A stretch of DNA of 64,000 nt from Mobula hypostoma (taxonomy: Eukaryota), in assembly GCF_963921235.1 (NCBI RefSeq), contig NC_086108.1:1736001-1800000 (forward strand), written 5' to 3'. The translations under genes and the position numbers were made by a program. The notes under the pieces are model-generated. The model had not been told where the DNA came from and searched no databases. It saw only the letters and a program-made list of their open reading frames with translations. This document shows positions 26,551 through 39,107 of the stretch, piece by piece. The first letter of the stretch is position 1, and every line of letters begins with the position of its first letter.

Positions 26551-27750
26551 CAATGAATGGTGTCCATGACTCTCTGCCATTGCTTCTGGTATTGGGCAGA
26601 GAATTTGCCATATCAATCCATGATGCATCTGAATAAGATGCTTTTTATGGCACATCTATAAAATTTGTTGAGAATCCAGGGGGATTTGTCAAATTTCTTC
26701 AGCGTCCTGAGGAAGTCAAGGGGCTGGTGAGTTTTCTTGGCCAGGGCATCTACGTGGTTGGAGTAGGACAGACCATTGGTGATGTTCACACTTAGGATCA
26801 GAAACTCTCAACACTCTTGTTGATGAGAAGGCGTGCAGGACCCAGATATATCTGCAGTGACACTGCAACAACCTTGCGGTCAACGTGAGACCAAAGAACT
26901 AATGGTGGACTTCAGGACAGGCAAGATGAGGAAACAGACACTGGTCCTCGCTGCAAGATGCGAAGTTGATAGAGTGAGCAATTTCATGTTCCTGAGTGCC
27001 AACATCTCTGAGAATCAATCCTGAGCCCAACATATTGATTTAGCTACAAAGAAGGCACAGTCAGTCAGTCAGTCAGTGGGGGCCGTCCTGAATCCGGGTT
27101 TGGCGACTATGCACCTCCATCTTCTTCGATCTTGCGACGGCACTGAGTACAGCCTCTCCTCCAGTTTGTTCTCGCTGGCCGCCTTGGCACCGCCCGCCAC
27201 CGCCCCCGTCGAACTCGAAAGAAGGCACAACAGTGGCTATATTTTATTTGGAGTTTGAGGAGAATTGGTATGTCACCCAACACACTCGCAAATTTCTACA
27301 GTGGTACCATGGACAGCATTCTAACTGGCTACATCACTGCCAGGTATGGTAGGATGTGGGCGTTGGGGGGTGATGGCTACTGCACAGGATCGAAATAAGC
27401 TGCAGAGAGTTGAAAACTCTGCAGCTCTATCACGGGCACCAGCCTCCGTAGTAACCAGGACATCAAACATGCAGCGTCTATCACTAAGGACCCCCATCAG
27501 CCAGGACATGCCCTCTGCTCACTGTTACCATCAGGAAGCAGGTACAGAAAATTGAAGGCACCCACTCAACGATCCAGGAACAGCTTCTTTCCTTGGCCAT
27601 CCGAGTACTGAATGGACACTTAACCCATGAACACTAGCTCATTACTTTTCTGTTATTTCTATCTTTGCACTGTTTAATTAACTAATATATATTTATACTT
27701 ACTGCAAAGTTAACAAATTTCACGACATATGATGGTGCTGTTAAACCCTT
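26551..27750. mobile_element. Old Rex1/Babar-like LINE fragments (- 26551-26820; + 26885-27750)
   Basis: ETKELMVDFR, FLRTLKKF, LQRV and NSFFP motifs. Confidence 0.65.
27060..27217 (-). mobile_element. 158-bp retroposed insertion with (ACTG)n tail and 12-bp TSD, RTE-like 3' end
   Basis: TSD aaagaaggcaca at 27048-27059 and 27218-27229; QDRRRWR motif ahead of the tail. Confidence 0.65.
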
Positions 27751-27859
27751 AGCACCATTGACATCAACAGAAATATGTGCACCACATCCATCCCTGAAGC
27801 CAATGGCCAGCTCTTTTGTTCTGCTATGTGCTGGTGATGCTGCTTTAAGTACCTACACA

Positions 27860-28596
27860 GACTAAGGAGCTGGTGGTAGACCTGAGGAGAGCTAAGGTAC
27901 CGGTGACCCCTGTTTCCATCCAGGGGGTCAGTGTGGACATGGTGGAGGATTACAAATACCTGTGGATACGAATCGACAATAAACTGGACTGGTCAAAGAA
28001 CACTGAGGCTATCTACACGAAGGGTCAGAGCCATCTCTATTTCCTGAGGAGACTGAGGTCCTTTAACATTTGTCGGACGATGCTGAGGATGTTCTACGAG
28101 TCTGTGGTGGCCAGTGCGATCATGTTTGCTGTTGTGTGCTGGGGCAGCAGGCTGAGGGTAGCAGACACCAACAGAATCAACAAACTCATTCGTAAGGCCA
28201 GTGATGTTGTGGGGATGGAACTGGACTCTCTGACGGTGGTGTCTGCAAAGAGGATGCTGTCTAAGTTGCATGCCATCTTGGACAATGTCTCCCATCCACT
28301 ACATAATGTACTGGGTGGGCACAGGAGTACATTCAGCCAGAGACTCATTCCACCGAGATGCAACACTGAGCGTCATAGGAAGTCATTCCTGCCTGTGGCC
28401 ATCAAACTTTACAACTCCTCCCTTGGAGGGTCAGACACCCTGAGCCAATAGGCTGGTCCTGGACTTACTTCATAATTTCCTGGCATAATTTACATATTAC
28501 TATTTAACTATTTATGGTTTTATTACTATTTATTATTTATGGTGCAACTGTAACAAAAACCAATTTCCCCCGGGATCAATAAAGTATAACTATGAC
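27860..28596 (+). mobile_element. Rex1/Babar LINE 3' portion (RT C-terminal region)
   Basis: ORF 27873-28451: (TKELV)VDLRR...YKYL...LYFLRRLRSF...KSFLPVAIKLYN; ends with aataaagt + (atgact)-like tail. Confidence 0.85.
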
Positions 28597-28599
28597 TTA

Positions 28600-28711
28600 T
28601 TCATTGACAACAAACTGGTCTTTGCCTTTAAATCCAGGAGCTCAAATCATCCCCGGTGACGTCACTGGGTGGGCAGGGCCTCGGTAGGGGAAGTGACGTC
28701 AGGTCGGCAGA
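28600..28711 (+). promoter_or_regulatory. OPA3 proximal promoter/5'UTR with two full CRE palindromes and an ETS-CRE composite
   Basis: TGACGTCA at 28657-28664 and 28694-28701. The second overlaps GGAAGT (GGAAGTGACGTCA, 28689-28701). A GC-box-like GGGTGGGC lies between them. The region is CpG-rich and continues into exon 1. Confidence 0.7.
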
Positions 28712-28853
28712 ATGGTGGTCGGCGCCTTTCCCATTGCGAAGTTGGCGATGCTGGGGGTGCGGCAGATTAGCCGGCCGCTGGCCAACAGCATCAAGGCCAA
28801 CGCCCGCCGGAGCCAGTTCTTCAAGACTTACATCTGCCAGCCGCCGGCACAGG
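28712..28853 (+). CDS. OPA3: OPA3 (optic atrophy 3, mitochondrial) coding exon 1
   Basis: Translates [47 protein letters not shown], matching the vertebrate OPA3 N-terminus. The 142 coding nt are followed by donor G|GTGAGT at 28854, the same phase-1 intron position I recall for human OPA3 (c.142/143). Confidence 0.96.
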
Positions 28854-29059
28854 GTGAGTATGCGAGGTCCGGGCTCCTTGTTCCAGTTCGGCGGCGGCAA
28901 GCAGTCGCAACCTAACCCGCTGCGCTGGCGTTGATTGACGGACATCTTAAGCAATGGGAGGGGAAGGGCGGAGAATTAATGTCCAATGAGGAGACGGCAG
29001 TGGTAAGGGGGCGGGAGTCGGTAGAGTTTGTTTGAGAGGCAGAAAGTCACATTGAGAGA

Positions 29060-29375
29060 TGTTGGGAGGAAGTGCTGACTGGGGCGTTGTGAGGGGAGGC
29101 GGCGGAGGGTGAGGGTGATGGGGGAGTGTAGTGGGAGGGAGGAGGTGGAGTAGTGAGGAGCGGGAGTGTAGTGGGAGGACAGAGGGAGGAGGCGGGATAG
29201 TGAGGAGGAGGAGTGTAGTGGGAGGGTGATGGAGGGAGGAGTGGGAGGGGATGGAGAGAGGAGGGGGAGCGTAGTGGGAAGGGACGGAGGGAGGAGGCGG
29301 GGTAGTGAGGAGGGGCAGGGTCCGGTCGGGAGGAGGAGGAGGGATGGGGTGAGGGTGTGTAGGGAGGTTGGAGAA
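29060..29375 (+). repeat. Purine-rich GGA/GGGAG low-complexity tract in OPA3 intron
   Basis: Imperfect repeats of gagtgtagtgggagggaggaggcggggtagtgagg. Confidence 0.8.
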
Positions 29376-30584
29376 GGGATCGGACGTCGGTAGATATTTG
29401 AACTGTGCTCTGCACCATAATTGCTGGTGGGTCACATGAATGAGGGGTTGGTGAATAACGGACATAAAATCCTACTTTCTGTTCTGACTCAAATCCCAAT
29501 GTTGAGTGTTTTCAGGGAGTGTTGGTCACTCAGATTCTGTTCCAACTGGTTTGCACTGGAAAAACAACAGCCCAAATTAACATTAGAATCACACCAACCT
29601 TCTTTTCCCATTTCCTACACTCAAACTTGTTTAGCTTGGTGGTTGAAATGCGTGTAGATATTTAAATGTTCTGAAACTCTCTGCTACCTTCACCAATTTG
29701 GGCAGTCACAGAACAGTCCTGCAAGAAATAAGCCTTTTGGCTCAGCTAGTCCATGCTAATCTATTATTCTGCCCAGTTCCATCAACCTGTTCCCTGACCA
29801 TACCCCTCCCATCCATGTACCTATCCAAATTTCTGTTAAATGTTGAAATTGAACCCACGTTCACGACTTCTACTGGCAGCTCAGTGCGCCCTCTCTCCAC
29901 CCTCTGAGTGAAGAAGTTCTTCTCCCCCGCCCCATCTTTCCCTTAAACATTTCACCTTTTGCCCGTAACCTCTAATTCCAGTCTCACTTTACCCCCTGTG
30001 GAAAAGCCCTATTGAATATTGAAAGGCCTCGAAAGAGGGGATGTGGAAAGGATAATTCCTCTGGCTGGGGAGTCTTAAGACCAGAGAACACAGCCTCAGA
30101 ATAGAGGCATATTCATTTAGAACTGAGATGGGGAGGAATTTCTTTAGTCGGAGAGTGCTGAATCTGTGGAATTCGTTGCCAGAGGGGCTGAGAAGGCCAA
30201 GTCATTGAGTGTATTTAATGGCAGAAGTTGGTAGATTCCTGATTAGTCAGGATATGAAGGGATTACAGGGAGAAGGCAGGAGATTGGGTCTGAGAGGGCA
30301 AATGGCTCAGCCATGATGAAATGGGGGAGCAGACTCGATGGGTCATAGAAACAAAAACCTACAGCACAATACAGGCCCTTTGGCCCACAAAGCTGTGCCG
30401 AACATGTCCCTACCTTACAACTACCTAGGCTTCACCCATAGCCCTCTGTTTTCCTCTGTGAAAAGGGAAAGGTAGAAGAAATATACAGGCAAATATAATG
30501 CTCATGTAGGCTGAATTAAAAATGAGAAGTCAGTAAAGCTTTGTATGGTTGAACTGCAAATGTGCAGCTACTGTGCTATAGAAA

Positions 30585-30935
30585 ATGCACACCAGCCACA
30601 GCCCTGCAGACCTTCGCACCATGCTGCCTTCATCTAATGAGAGACGGCGCACCACACGATCAAGTTTATCTACGCCTGCTCATGCTGTTTCTATGCCTGA
30701 TGCGAGATCCTACACACTGGATAGAAGCTTCCTTCACTGTGCTGTCAGAATTTGGAACAGCCTTCCAGATGCTGTGGTTGGAGACATCTGCGACGATGGG
30801 GTCCAAGCCTTCAAGAGTCGAGTGCACAAACACCTATCATCTCTGGGAGGGAAGTCACATGCTTCTTCATAAGCTCTCATGAAGGGGACCAGGATGGCAA
30901 TGCTTGGTTGTTGGTAGGTAGGGTTAATACCTGAC
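30585..30935 (+). mobile_element. 3' fragment of a different non-LTR element (RT C-terminus)
   Basis: RSFLHCAVRIWNSLPDAVV...QAFKSRVHKHL motif. Confidence 0.6.
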
Positions 30936-31562
30936 TTTCAAGAGCACTTGTGAGTTATGTTCCGGCTGGACTTAGTCCTTAAACTGCTGGAGAACAGTGC
31001 GGAGAGAACAGGTGCTGTTTTCTCCCGGTAGGGATTAGATTTTAGTTCCAAGTGCTCCTGTCATTGTCACCCTGCTGCCTTATCCTTCAATCTCTTTGAA
31101 TTCTGGAGGACAGCATGTGTATATGCTATCGACGCCCTAACTAATCAGGAACCTATCAACCTTCTCTTTAAATAGACCAATGACTTGACCTCCACAGCTC
31201 TCTGCAGCAATAAATTCCACAGATTCACCACAGTTCAACGTACATATACTTTATACAACCTTGGGATTCATTTCCTTACAGCCGCAAAACAAAGGAACCC
31301 AATAGAACCTGTTAAGAACAGACCGTCAAACACCCATTGTGCAGAGTGAGGAAAAAAGACAAAGCGTGCAAACAACGAAGCAAGCAAACAGCATTCAGAA
31401 CTGAAGTTCACAGTGCCAGGCATCACTGCAGCTGACCTAGAACTCCACTAGTTGTAGACCACAGCTTCAGTCCACCACTCTCTGACTAAAGAAATTCCTC
31501 TTCACCGCTGTTCTAAATGGACGTCCCTTTATTCCGAGGCTGTGCCCTCTGGTCCCAGACTC

Positions 31563-33850
31563 AATAGACAATAGGTGCAGGAGTACGCCATTCGGCCCTT
31601 CAAGCCAGTACCACCATTCACTGTGATCATGGCTGATCATCCACTATCAGTATCCAGTTCCTGCCTTATCCCCATAACCGTTGATTCCGCTATCTTTAAG
31701 AGCTCTATCCATCTCTTCCTTGAAAGCATCCAGAGACTTAGCCTCCATAGCCTTCTGGGGCAGAGCATTCCATATATCCACCACTCTGGGTGAAAAAGTT
31801 TCTCCTCAACTCAGTTCTAAATGGCCTACCCCTTATCCTTAAACTGTGGCCTCTGGTTCTGCACTCACCCATCAGCGGGAGCATGCTTCCTGCCTCCAGC
31901 GTGTCCAATCCCTTAATAATCTTATATGTTTCAATAAGATCCCCTCTCAGCCTTCTAAATTCCAGAGTATACAAGCCCAGTCGCTCCAATCTTTCGACAT
32001 ATGACAGTCCCACCATCCCGGGAATTAACCTTGTGAACCTACGCTGCACTCCCTCAAATTTGGAGACCAAAACTGCACACAGTACTCCAGGTGTGGTCTC
32101 ACCAGGGCCCTGTACAGCTGCAGAAGGACCTCTTTGCTCTTATACTCCACTCCCCTTGATATGAAGGCCAGCATGCCATTAGCTTTCTTCACTGCCTGCT
32201 GTACTTGCATGCTTGCTTTCAGTGACTGATGTACAAGAACACCTGGATCTCGTTGTGCTTCCCCTTTTCCTAACTTGACTCCATTTTGATAATAATCTGC
32301 CTTCCCGTTCTTACCACCAAAGTGGATAACCTCACATTTATCCACATTAAACTGCATCTGCCCACTCACTCAGCCTGTCCAAGTCACCCTGCATTATCTC
32401 AACATCCTCCTCACATTTCACACTGCCACCCACCTTTGTGTCATTGGCAAATTTGCTAATGTTACTTTTAATTTCCTCATCTAAGTCATTAATGTATATT
32501 GTAAACAGCTGTGGTCCCAGCACTGAACCCTGCGGTACCCCACTGGTCACTGCCTGCCATTCCGAAAGGGACCCGTTAATCGCTACTCTTTGTTTCCTGT
32601 CTGCCTTCCAATTTTCAATCCATGTCAGTATTCTGCCCCCAATACCATGTGCCCTAATTTTGCCCACTAATCTCCTATGTGGGACTTTATCAAAGGCTTT
32701 CTGAAAGTCCAGGTACACTACATTCACTGGCTCTCCCTTGTCCATTTTCATAGTTATATCCTCAAAAAATTCTAGAAGATTAGTCAAGCACGATTTCCTC
32801 TTCATGAATCCATGCTGACTCGGACCAATCCTGTTACTGCTATCCAGATGTGTCGTAATTTGATCTTTTATAATTGATTCCAGCATCTTTCCTGCCACCG
32901 ACGTCATGCTAACCAGTCTATAATTCCCTGTTTTCTCTCTTCCTCCCTTGAAGAGAGGGACAACATTAGCCACCTTCCAATCCACAGGAACTGATCCTGA
33001 ATCTATAGAACATTGGAAAATGATTACCAATACGTCCACGATTTCTAGAGCCGCCTCCTTAAGTACCCTGGGATGCAGACCATCAGGTCCCGGGGACTTA
33101 TCAGCCTTCAGACCCAACAGCCTATCCAACACCATTTCCTGCCTAATATAAATTTCCTTTAATTCATCCATTACCCTAGGTCCTTTGGCCACTATTACAT
33201 CTGGGAGATTGTTTGTATCTTCCCTAGTGAAGACCGATCCAAAGTACCTGTTCAACTCGTCTGCCATTTCCTTGTTCCCCATAATAAATTCACTCGCTTC
33301 TGTCTTCAAGGGCCCAATTTTGGTCTTTAACTATTTTTTTTCCTTTTTCACATACCTAAAGAAGCTTTTACTATCCTCCTTTATATTCTTGGCTAGTTTA
33401 CCTTCGTACCTGATTTTTTTCTCCGCGTATTGCCTTTTTAGTTACCTTCTGTTGCTCTTTAAAAGTTCCCCAATCCTCCGGCTTCCCACTCGTCTTTGCT
33501 ATGTTATACTTCTCTTTTATTTTTATACTGTCCATTACTTCCCTTGTCAGCCACGGCCTCCCCTTACTCCCCTTAGCATCTTTCTTCCTGTTTGGAATGA
33601 ACTGATCCTGCACCTTCCGCATTATTCCCAGAAACACTTGCCATTGCTGTTCCACTGTCATCCCTGCCAGGGTATTGTTCCATTGAACTTTGGCCAGCTC
33701 CTCCCTCATAGCACCATAGTTCCCTTTGTTCAACTGTAATACTGACACTTCCGAGTTTCCCTTCTCCCTCTCAAATTGTAGATTAAAACTTATCATATTA
33801 TGGTCACTACCTCCTAATGGCTCCTTTGCCTTGAGGTCCCTGATCAAACC
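31563..33850 (-). mobile_element. 5'-truncated CR1 in OPA3 intron (antisense), nested within older CR1 fragments
   Basis: ORFs 31738-33847 with RT motifs; tail caatagacaatag at 31563. Confidence 0.9.
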
Positions 33851-34184
33851 CTGACTCTCCCACTATATTGAACATCCTCTCCAGTCCACTCTATCTGGGC
33901 CTTTTATATTTGATAGGTTTTAATGAGATCTCTTCTCTTCTCTCTCTCCCCCCACCATCCTAAACTCCAGTGAGTACAGGCTCAGAGCTATCAAATGCTC
34001 CTCATAGGTTAACCCCTTCATTGCCAGTATCATTCTTCTGAACCTCTGGACCCTCATATACTTAGATAGTTTCAATGAGTTGTGAAGAACGTGCACAGCC
34101 ATGGTGGGCCAAATAGCCTCCAGTGCTGTGCCTGATGATTTCCATGTCAGCCTGTGGCCTCACCCATTGGTTGTTCTATTTCAG

Positions 34185-34513
34185 CCTATCACTGGTTCGA
34201 GATGAAGATGAAGATGAGGATGATGGGGTTTAAAGGTGCCCAAGTGCAGCGCTTGAACGAGGACACAGCGGCAGAGCTGGGTTCCGAGCTGCTGGGAGAG
34301 GCCATCGTCTTTCTAATCGGTGGTGCCTGCATCTTGGCTGAGTACATGAGGCAGTCGTCGAACAGCGCCAAGAAGGAGGAGGAGCTACAATGCACACTGA
34401 GGGGCTTGGAGCAGCAGGTGGCACACCTCGCATTGACAGTCGAGGAACTGGATGCGCGCATTCGCGAAAACAATCGACTTGTTTTGTCACTTCCTGCCAA
34501 CCCCACAAAGTGA
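34185..34513 (+). CDS. OPA3: OPA3 coding exon 2 (to stop TGA)
   Basis: Acceptor ttctatttcag| at 34184. G+CC gives Ala, then [17 protein letters not shown]...[20 protein letters not shown]...EYMRQ...KKEEE...coiled coil, a typical OPA3 domain. Joined CDS is 471 nt = 156 aa. AATAAA at 35238 and 35388. Confidence 0.96.
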
Positions 34514-35499
34514 TCTTTGGACCCGAGGGGAAAAAACCCATTGAAGGGCCCAGAGGCGGACTGCCTCATGGGTTACAAAGCCAAGTGACACGTGTAAGTT
34601 AGGGTGAAGGATTGCTGCCCCAAAGGTGTGATTTGCCTTATAAATGCGTGGTCACACCTTGACAAAGTCCCGCTTGAACATGTGTGCTTGCGCCCTGTAC
34701 CTGAACATATCTTGCCTCTGCGGTCGCAGGTGGGGAGAGTAGTATGTCTTGACATGTGCTTTGGCGTCCCGTAACATTTTGCCGATCATGTGGAGTCTAA
34801 TTGTTGCGCTTGTTTTAAAACTTTTCTCAGCTGAGCCACTGTTAAGATGTCGGAGGCACCACGCTGCTCCAGCTGCTGGTGTTCCACTGAACCCGGATAA
34901 GCAGAACTCGTTTCGCCACTGAGAGAACCACGTGCCTTTGGGAATCTTTGTCCAACATCAGAGGATGCTGCCACACTGCTCGTCTCTTCCCCTCCTCCAG
35001 CCCTCAGGCACAAAAGAAAAACTCAACATTCTCTTGAATGGGATTTTCTTGGTTTTTTTGGTGCTAATGGACATCTCTGGTGCCAACATCAGACTAGAAC
35101 GTTTGCGACAGTCTGCTGTTTCCATGGCCTCTGATCTCTTTGCACTGCAAAACATCTCCGCAGGAAGGAACCGTTGTGGTTGATCAAGGCGACTGAGCAA
35201 TGCCCCTCTTTCTCGAGGGAAATCACAATTAATATACAATAAATGCTGGCATCATAAACACCAGAATTAAACCTTTTGGACACTACCCTCTTTCCGTTGG
35301 CTGTATTTTTATTTATTGTTTTTTTCCAGGATCTGTTATTACCGCTGAGGTCGAGGTTTATACCTGTCCTCAATTACAGGAACATGGAATAAAGTACAGT
35401 ACCAGCCCTTCAGTCCATGGTGTTAGTCAGACTTTTAACCTACTCTAAAATCAATCTAACCCACAGAACGCTCCACCTTTCTATCATTCATGTGGCTAT

Positions 35500-35885
35500 C
35501 TACTCGCTGCCCGTTACGCCGCTGGTGTCTAGGGCAGCAATGAAGGTCATCCATCTCTGTCTGTCCTTGGCCACAGTGCTTCCTTCAACATGCCAGTAGA
35601 TTCCTCCCAGTTTTTACCACTGTCAGCCATGCAAGCCCTCAAGTATACCGTCACACTCAGATGTAGAAGGATTCTTCATTGCTGTTTCTGTAACAGTTTT
35701 GTTTGACCAGTCAGGGTTGTTAGCCCTGAGCTGAACCCCCAAACCTGGAGGGCCAGTGGACCCCTCAGTCTGGCTTCTATCCCTGACCTGTCTGGCATGG
35801 GTGACCCTACTGACAGCCAAAGCATAAAGCCCTGACTCCAGCAGCACAGCTCTCCGATTTATTAAGGCTCAAACCATCACAAGGT
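35500..35885 (-). mobile_element. Non-autonomous element/SINE with RTE-type 3' end
   Basis: Its 3' end (ttcattgctgccctagacaccagcggcgtaacggg) matches the 3' end of the RTE at ~53585-53625. Confidence 0.5.
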
Positions 35886-37187
35886 TCTGGTCCTTTTGGA
35901 GGCTCTGCTGATGTAAGAGACTCTTAAATGTCCCTAATGTATCTGCCTCTACCACAATACTGGCAGCACGAACCACCCACCCACTACTCTGTGTGTAAAT
36001 TGTCCTGTGATTAATTTAGGATTAAATTGGGGGATTGCTGGACAGTGGCTCGAAGGGCCAGAAGAACCTATTCTGTGCTGTAGCTCAGTAAAATAAAATA
36101 ATCTCTGATATGCCTTTATAATTTCCTCCAACAACCTTAAAAGTATGTGCCCTCATTAGCTATTTCCCTGCCTTGGTTGTCTGCTCTATCTATGACTCTT
36201 GTATACCACTATCAGTCGCTTCATCTTCCTTTGCTTCAAAGAGGAAACCCCCTAGCTCAATCAACCTATCCTCATAAGACGTGCTCTCCAATCCAGGCAG
36301 CGTCCTGGTAATTCTCTGCTCCCTCTCTAAAAGTTTCCACATTAAGTAGAGAGCATGACTTGGGTGGTGGGGATCTCTGATAATGGATGCTGCTTTCCTA
36401 CAACAGCATTTATACATAAACTTAAAAAGCGTATTCCTCTCCATAGATGCTGCCTGACCTGCTGAGTTCCTCCAGCATTTTGGTTGTGTTACTCTGGATT
36501 TCCAGCATCTGCAGAATTTCTCGTGTTTGTAATCTGAAGGGAAGGGGGATAAACGGGAAGGGTAATTTTCAGGTGTTGATTCTCGCAACATCCAGTCATA
36601 GCGGGTGTTTCTGGAGACATTTGCAAGTTTCCTATTTGCTTTTGACTGAAATTCAGTAAATTGCTTGTTGGCCTTGATACCGTTTCATGTTGGCAAGGGA
36701 AGCAAATGGGATGGAAAGCCTTCAATGGAGTCATTCAATGAAGCATACCAGCATAGGATTCTGCAGGCTGACTTGATGCAAGTCTGTTGTTTGCAATTAA
36801 GTACATACTTGTATAACTGTGAAGGAGTGAACACAAGATTCTGGAAATCCAGCGTAACACGAACAAAATGCTGGGATAACTCAGTAGGTCAGGCAGCGTT
36901 CATGGAAAGGAACGACAAGTTGATGTTTCGGTCAAGACCCTTCATCAGATAATGTTTGAAAACTGCTTGGCAAGAGGTCCGAAGCACTAATATCTACTCA
37001 GCTCTACACCTGGGAAAGATCAGTTAAACTCTCATAAGCAATTCAAAGAATATGCCAAGATGCTAATTTAATTTGTGTTTTATGCTTGGCAAGTACAAAT
37101 AAACACACCCCTAATGACTTTGTCTCCAATTAAATGACCAAAAAAAAAATCTAAGGATAAGAACCTGAGTTAATAACCTTCTAAAAC

Positions 37188-37252
37188 AGGGTTCCTGACC
37201 TGGGGTCAGTTAATGATAGGGGTCCATGGAATAAAAACTTTGGGAACTCCTG
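37188..37252. mobile_element. Tiny hAT-like MITE (other copies ~38803-38855, 39825-39895, 41085-41145, 42160-42250, 51305-51385)
   Basis: CAGGG-TTCC termini, TSD-like ttctaaaa/ttctaaac, shared internal ggggtcca..ttaatg.tagg.gtcca. Confidence 0.6.
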
Positions 37253-37419
37253 TTCTAAACTGAAGCAGGTGGAGTTTTGCATTCATAAACTTCAAATAAG
37301 AAGATAAGGAATTTGAACTTGGATCTGAAATGATTTTATATTTATATAGTCATAGAGAAGTACAACACAAACAGGCTCTTCAGCCCATTTAAACTGCATA
37401 CTCCCTGATATTCTGTTTG

Positions 37420-37835
37420 CGTGTGATGAGGTTGGAGAAAAACACCTTGTATTCCGTTTGGGTAGACTCCGACCTGATGGCATAAACACTTCCGGTAATG
37501 CCCCCCCTTCACTATTTCCCTCTCTCACACATATCTTGCCTGCCCATCACCTCCCTCTGGTGCTTATCCCCCCCTTTTTCTTTCTTCCACGGCCTTCTGT
37601 CTTTCAACAATCAACTTCCCAGCTCTTTATTTCATCCCTCCTCCTCCTGTTTCACCGATCATCTGGTGTTTCTCTCTTCCCCTCTCCCCACAAACTCCTC
37701 ACTTTATTTTCTCTAGTCCTGCTGAAGAGTTTTGGCCCGAACCATCGACTGTACTCTTTTCCCGAGATGATGCCTGGCATGCTGAGTTCCTCCAGCATTT
37801 TGTGTGTGTTGCTCAGATTTCGAGCACCTGCAGAT
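37420..37835 (+). mobile_element. Penelope-like element 3' fragment, degenerate
   Basis: GIY-YIG C-terminal EKHLVFRLGRLRPDGIN, then a degenerate terminal repeat; similar to 51551-52060. Confidence 0.65.
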
Positions 37836-37893
37836 TTTTTCTTGTTTGTCAGGGGAAAACTCTTCTCTTTCGCTCTTGCAAGCTTAACCTTCT

Positions 37894-39107
37894 ACACTCA
37901 GTGGCTACTTTATTAGGTACAGGACTGGAACCTGGCGTGGTCTGCTGCAGCAACTTCATTGTTTGCTTGTTTTTATTTATTTATGTATGTGTGCTGTGTT
38001 GGCGCGTGGCCAAGTGGTTAAGGCCTTCCTCTAGTGATCTGAAGGTCGCTAGTTCGAGCCTTGGCTGAGGCAGTGTTTGTGTCCTTGAGCAAGGCACTTA
38101 ACCACACATTGCTCTCTGATGACACCCATGCCAGGCTGTATGGGTCCCAATGCCCTTCCCTTGGACAACATCGGTGTCGTGGAGAGGGGAGACTTGCAGC
38201 ATGGGCAACTGCTGGTCTTCCATACAACCTTGCCCAGGCCTGCGCCCTGGAAACCTTCCAAGGTGCAAATCCATGGTCTCATGAGACTAACAGATGCCTA
38301 TAATAATAATAAAATATATAATGCAGTGCGGGGTAGACCCTTGGGCCCTTCAGGCTGATTTTATCCTAGCCTAATTCTGGGATAAGTTACAATGACCAAT
38401 TAACCTACCGACTGAGCACTCAGGGTAAGTGTACTCTGTCACTGGTTAAAACAGTTAAAGTCTGTCACAAGGCTCATCAGGCCGGTGCTTATGCCCGTTT
38501 CTGTGGCGTGAAGCAACTGAGAGTACGAGACTCCCCCCCCCCCCCCCAGATAGGATGCCAGTCTATCGTGAGGTTAACCCCCAGGAATTGAACCTGGGTC
38601 ACTGGTACTGTAAAGCATTGTGCTAACCACTAGGCTATGCTTCTAGGGTGTTCTTCTGCATGCCACTGTTGTAACGTGTGGTTTGTCACTGTCCTGTCAG
38701 CTTGAAAACAGTCTGGCTGTTCTCCTTTTCTCTCTTTCATTACCATAACTGCTGCTCACTGTTTTATTTGTTTCTTGCACCATTCTCTGTAAACTCTGGA
38801 GCAGGGGATTCTCAAACCAGGGTCCACGGCATTAATGAAAAGTTTGGGAACCCCTGCTCCAGAGACTGTTGTGCATGGAAATCCCAGGAGATCAGCAGAT
38901 TCTGAAATACTCAAACCACCCCATCTGGCACCAAAAATCATTCCATGGTCAAAGTCATTTCTTCTCCATTCTGATGTTTTGTCTGAATATAAACTGAACC
39001 TCTCATCTATGTCTGCATGCTTTTATGTGTTCAGTTGCTACTACATGATTGGCTGATTAGATATTTGCATCAACAAGCAGGTATACCAAAAAAGTAACCA
39101 CTCAGTA
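37894..39107. mobile_element. Degenerate non-autonomous Tc1-like element carrying SINE and MITE insertions
   Basis: TA+cactcagtggctactttattaggtac at the left; degenerate inverted copy at ~39080-39107. Confidence 0.5.
38000..38312 (+). mobile_element. tRNA-derived SINE
   Basis: A box TGGCCAAGTGG, B box GTTCGAGCC, (AAT)n tail. Confidence 0.75.

Noticed and set aside
25098..26636. Long Gly-rich ORFs (442-512 aa); also 20213-20909
   Set aside because: Minisatellite translation with frame shifts from variable G-runs; not a keratin-like or other Gly-rich gene.
38000..38075. tRNA gene
   Set aside because: A/B boxes are followed by a SINE body and (AAT)n tail; no clean cloverleaf or terminator.
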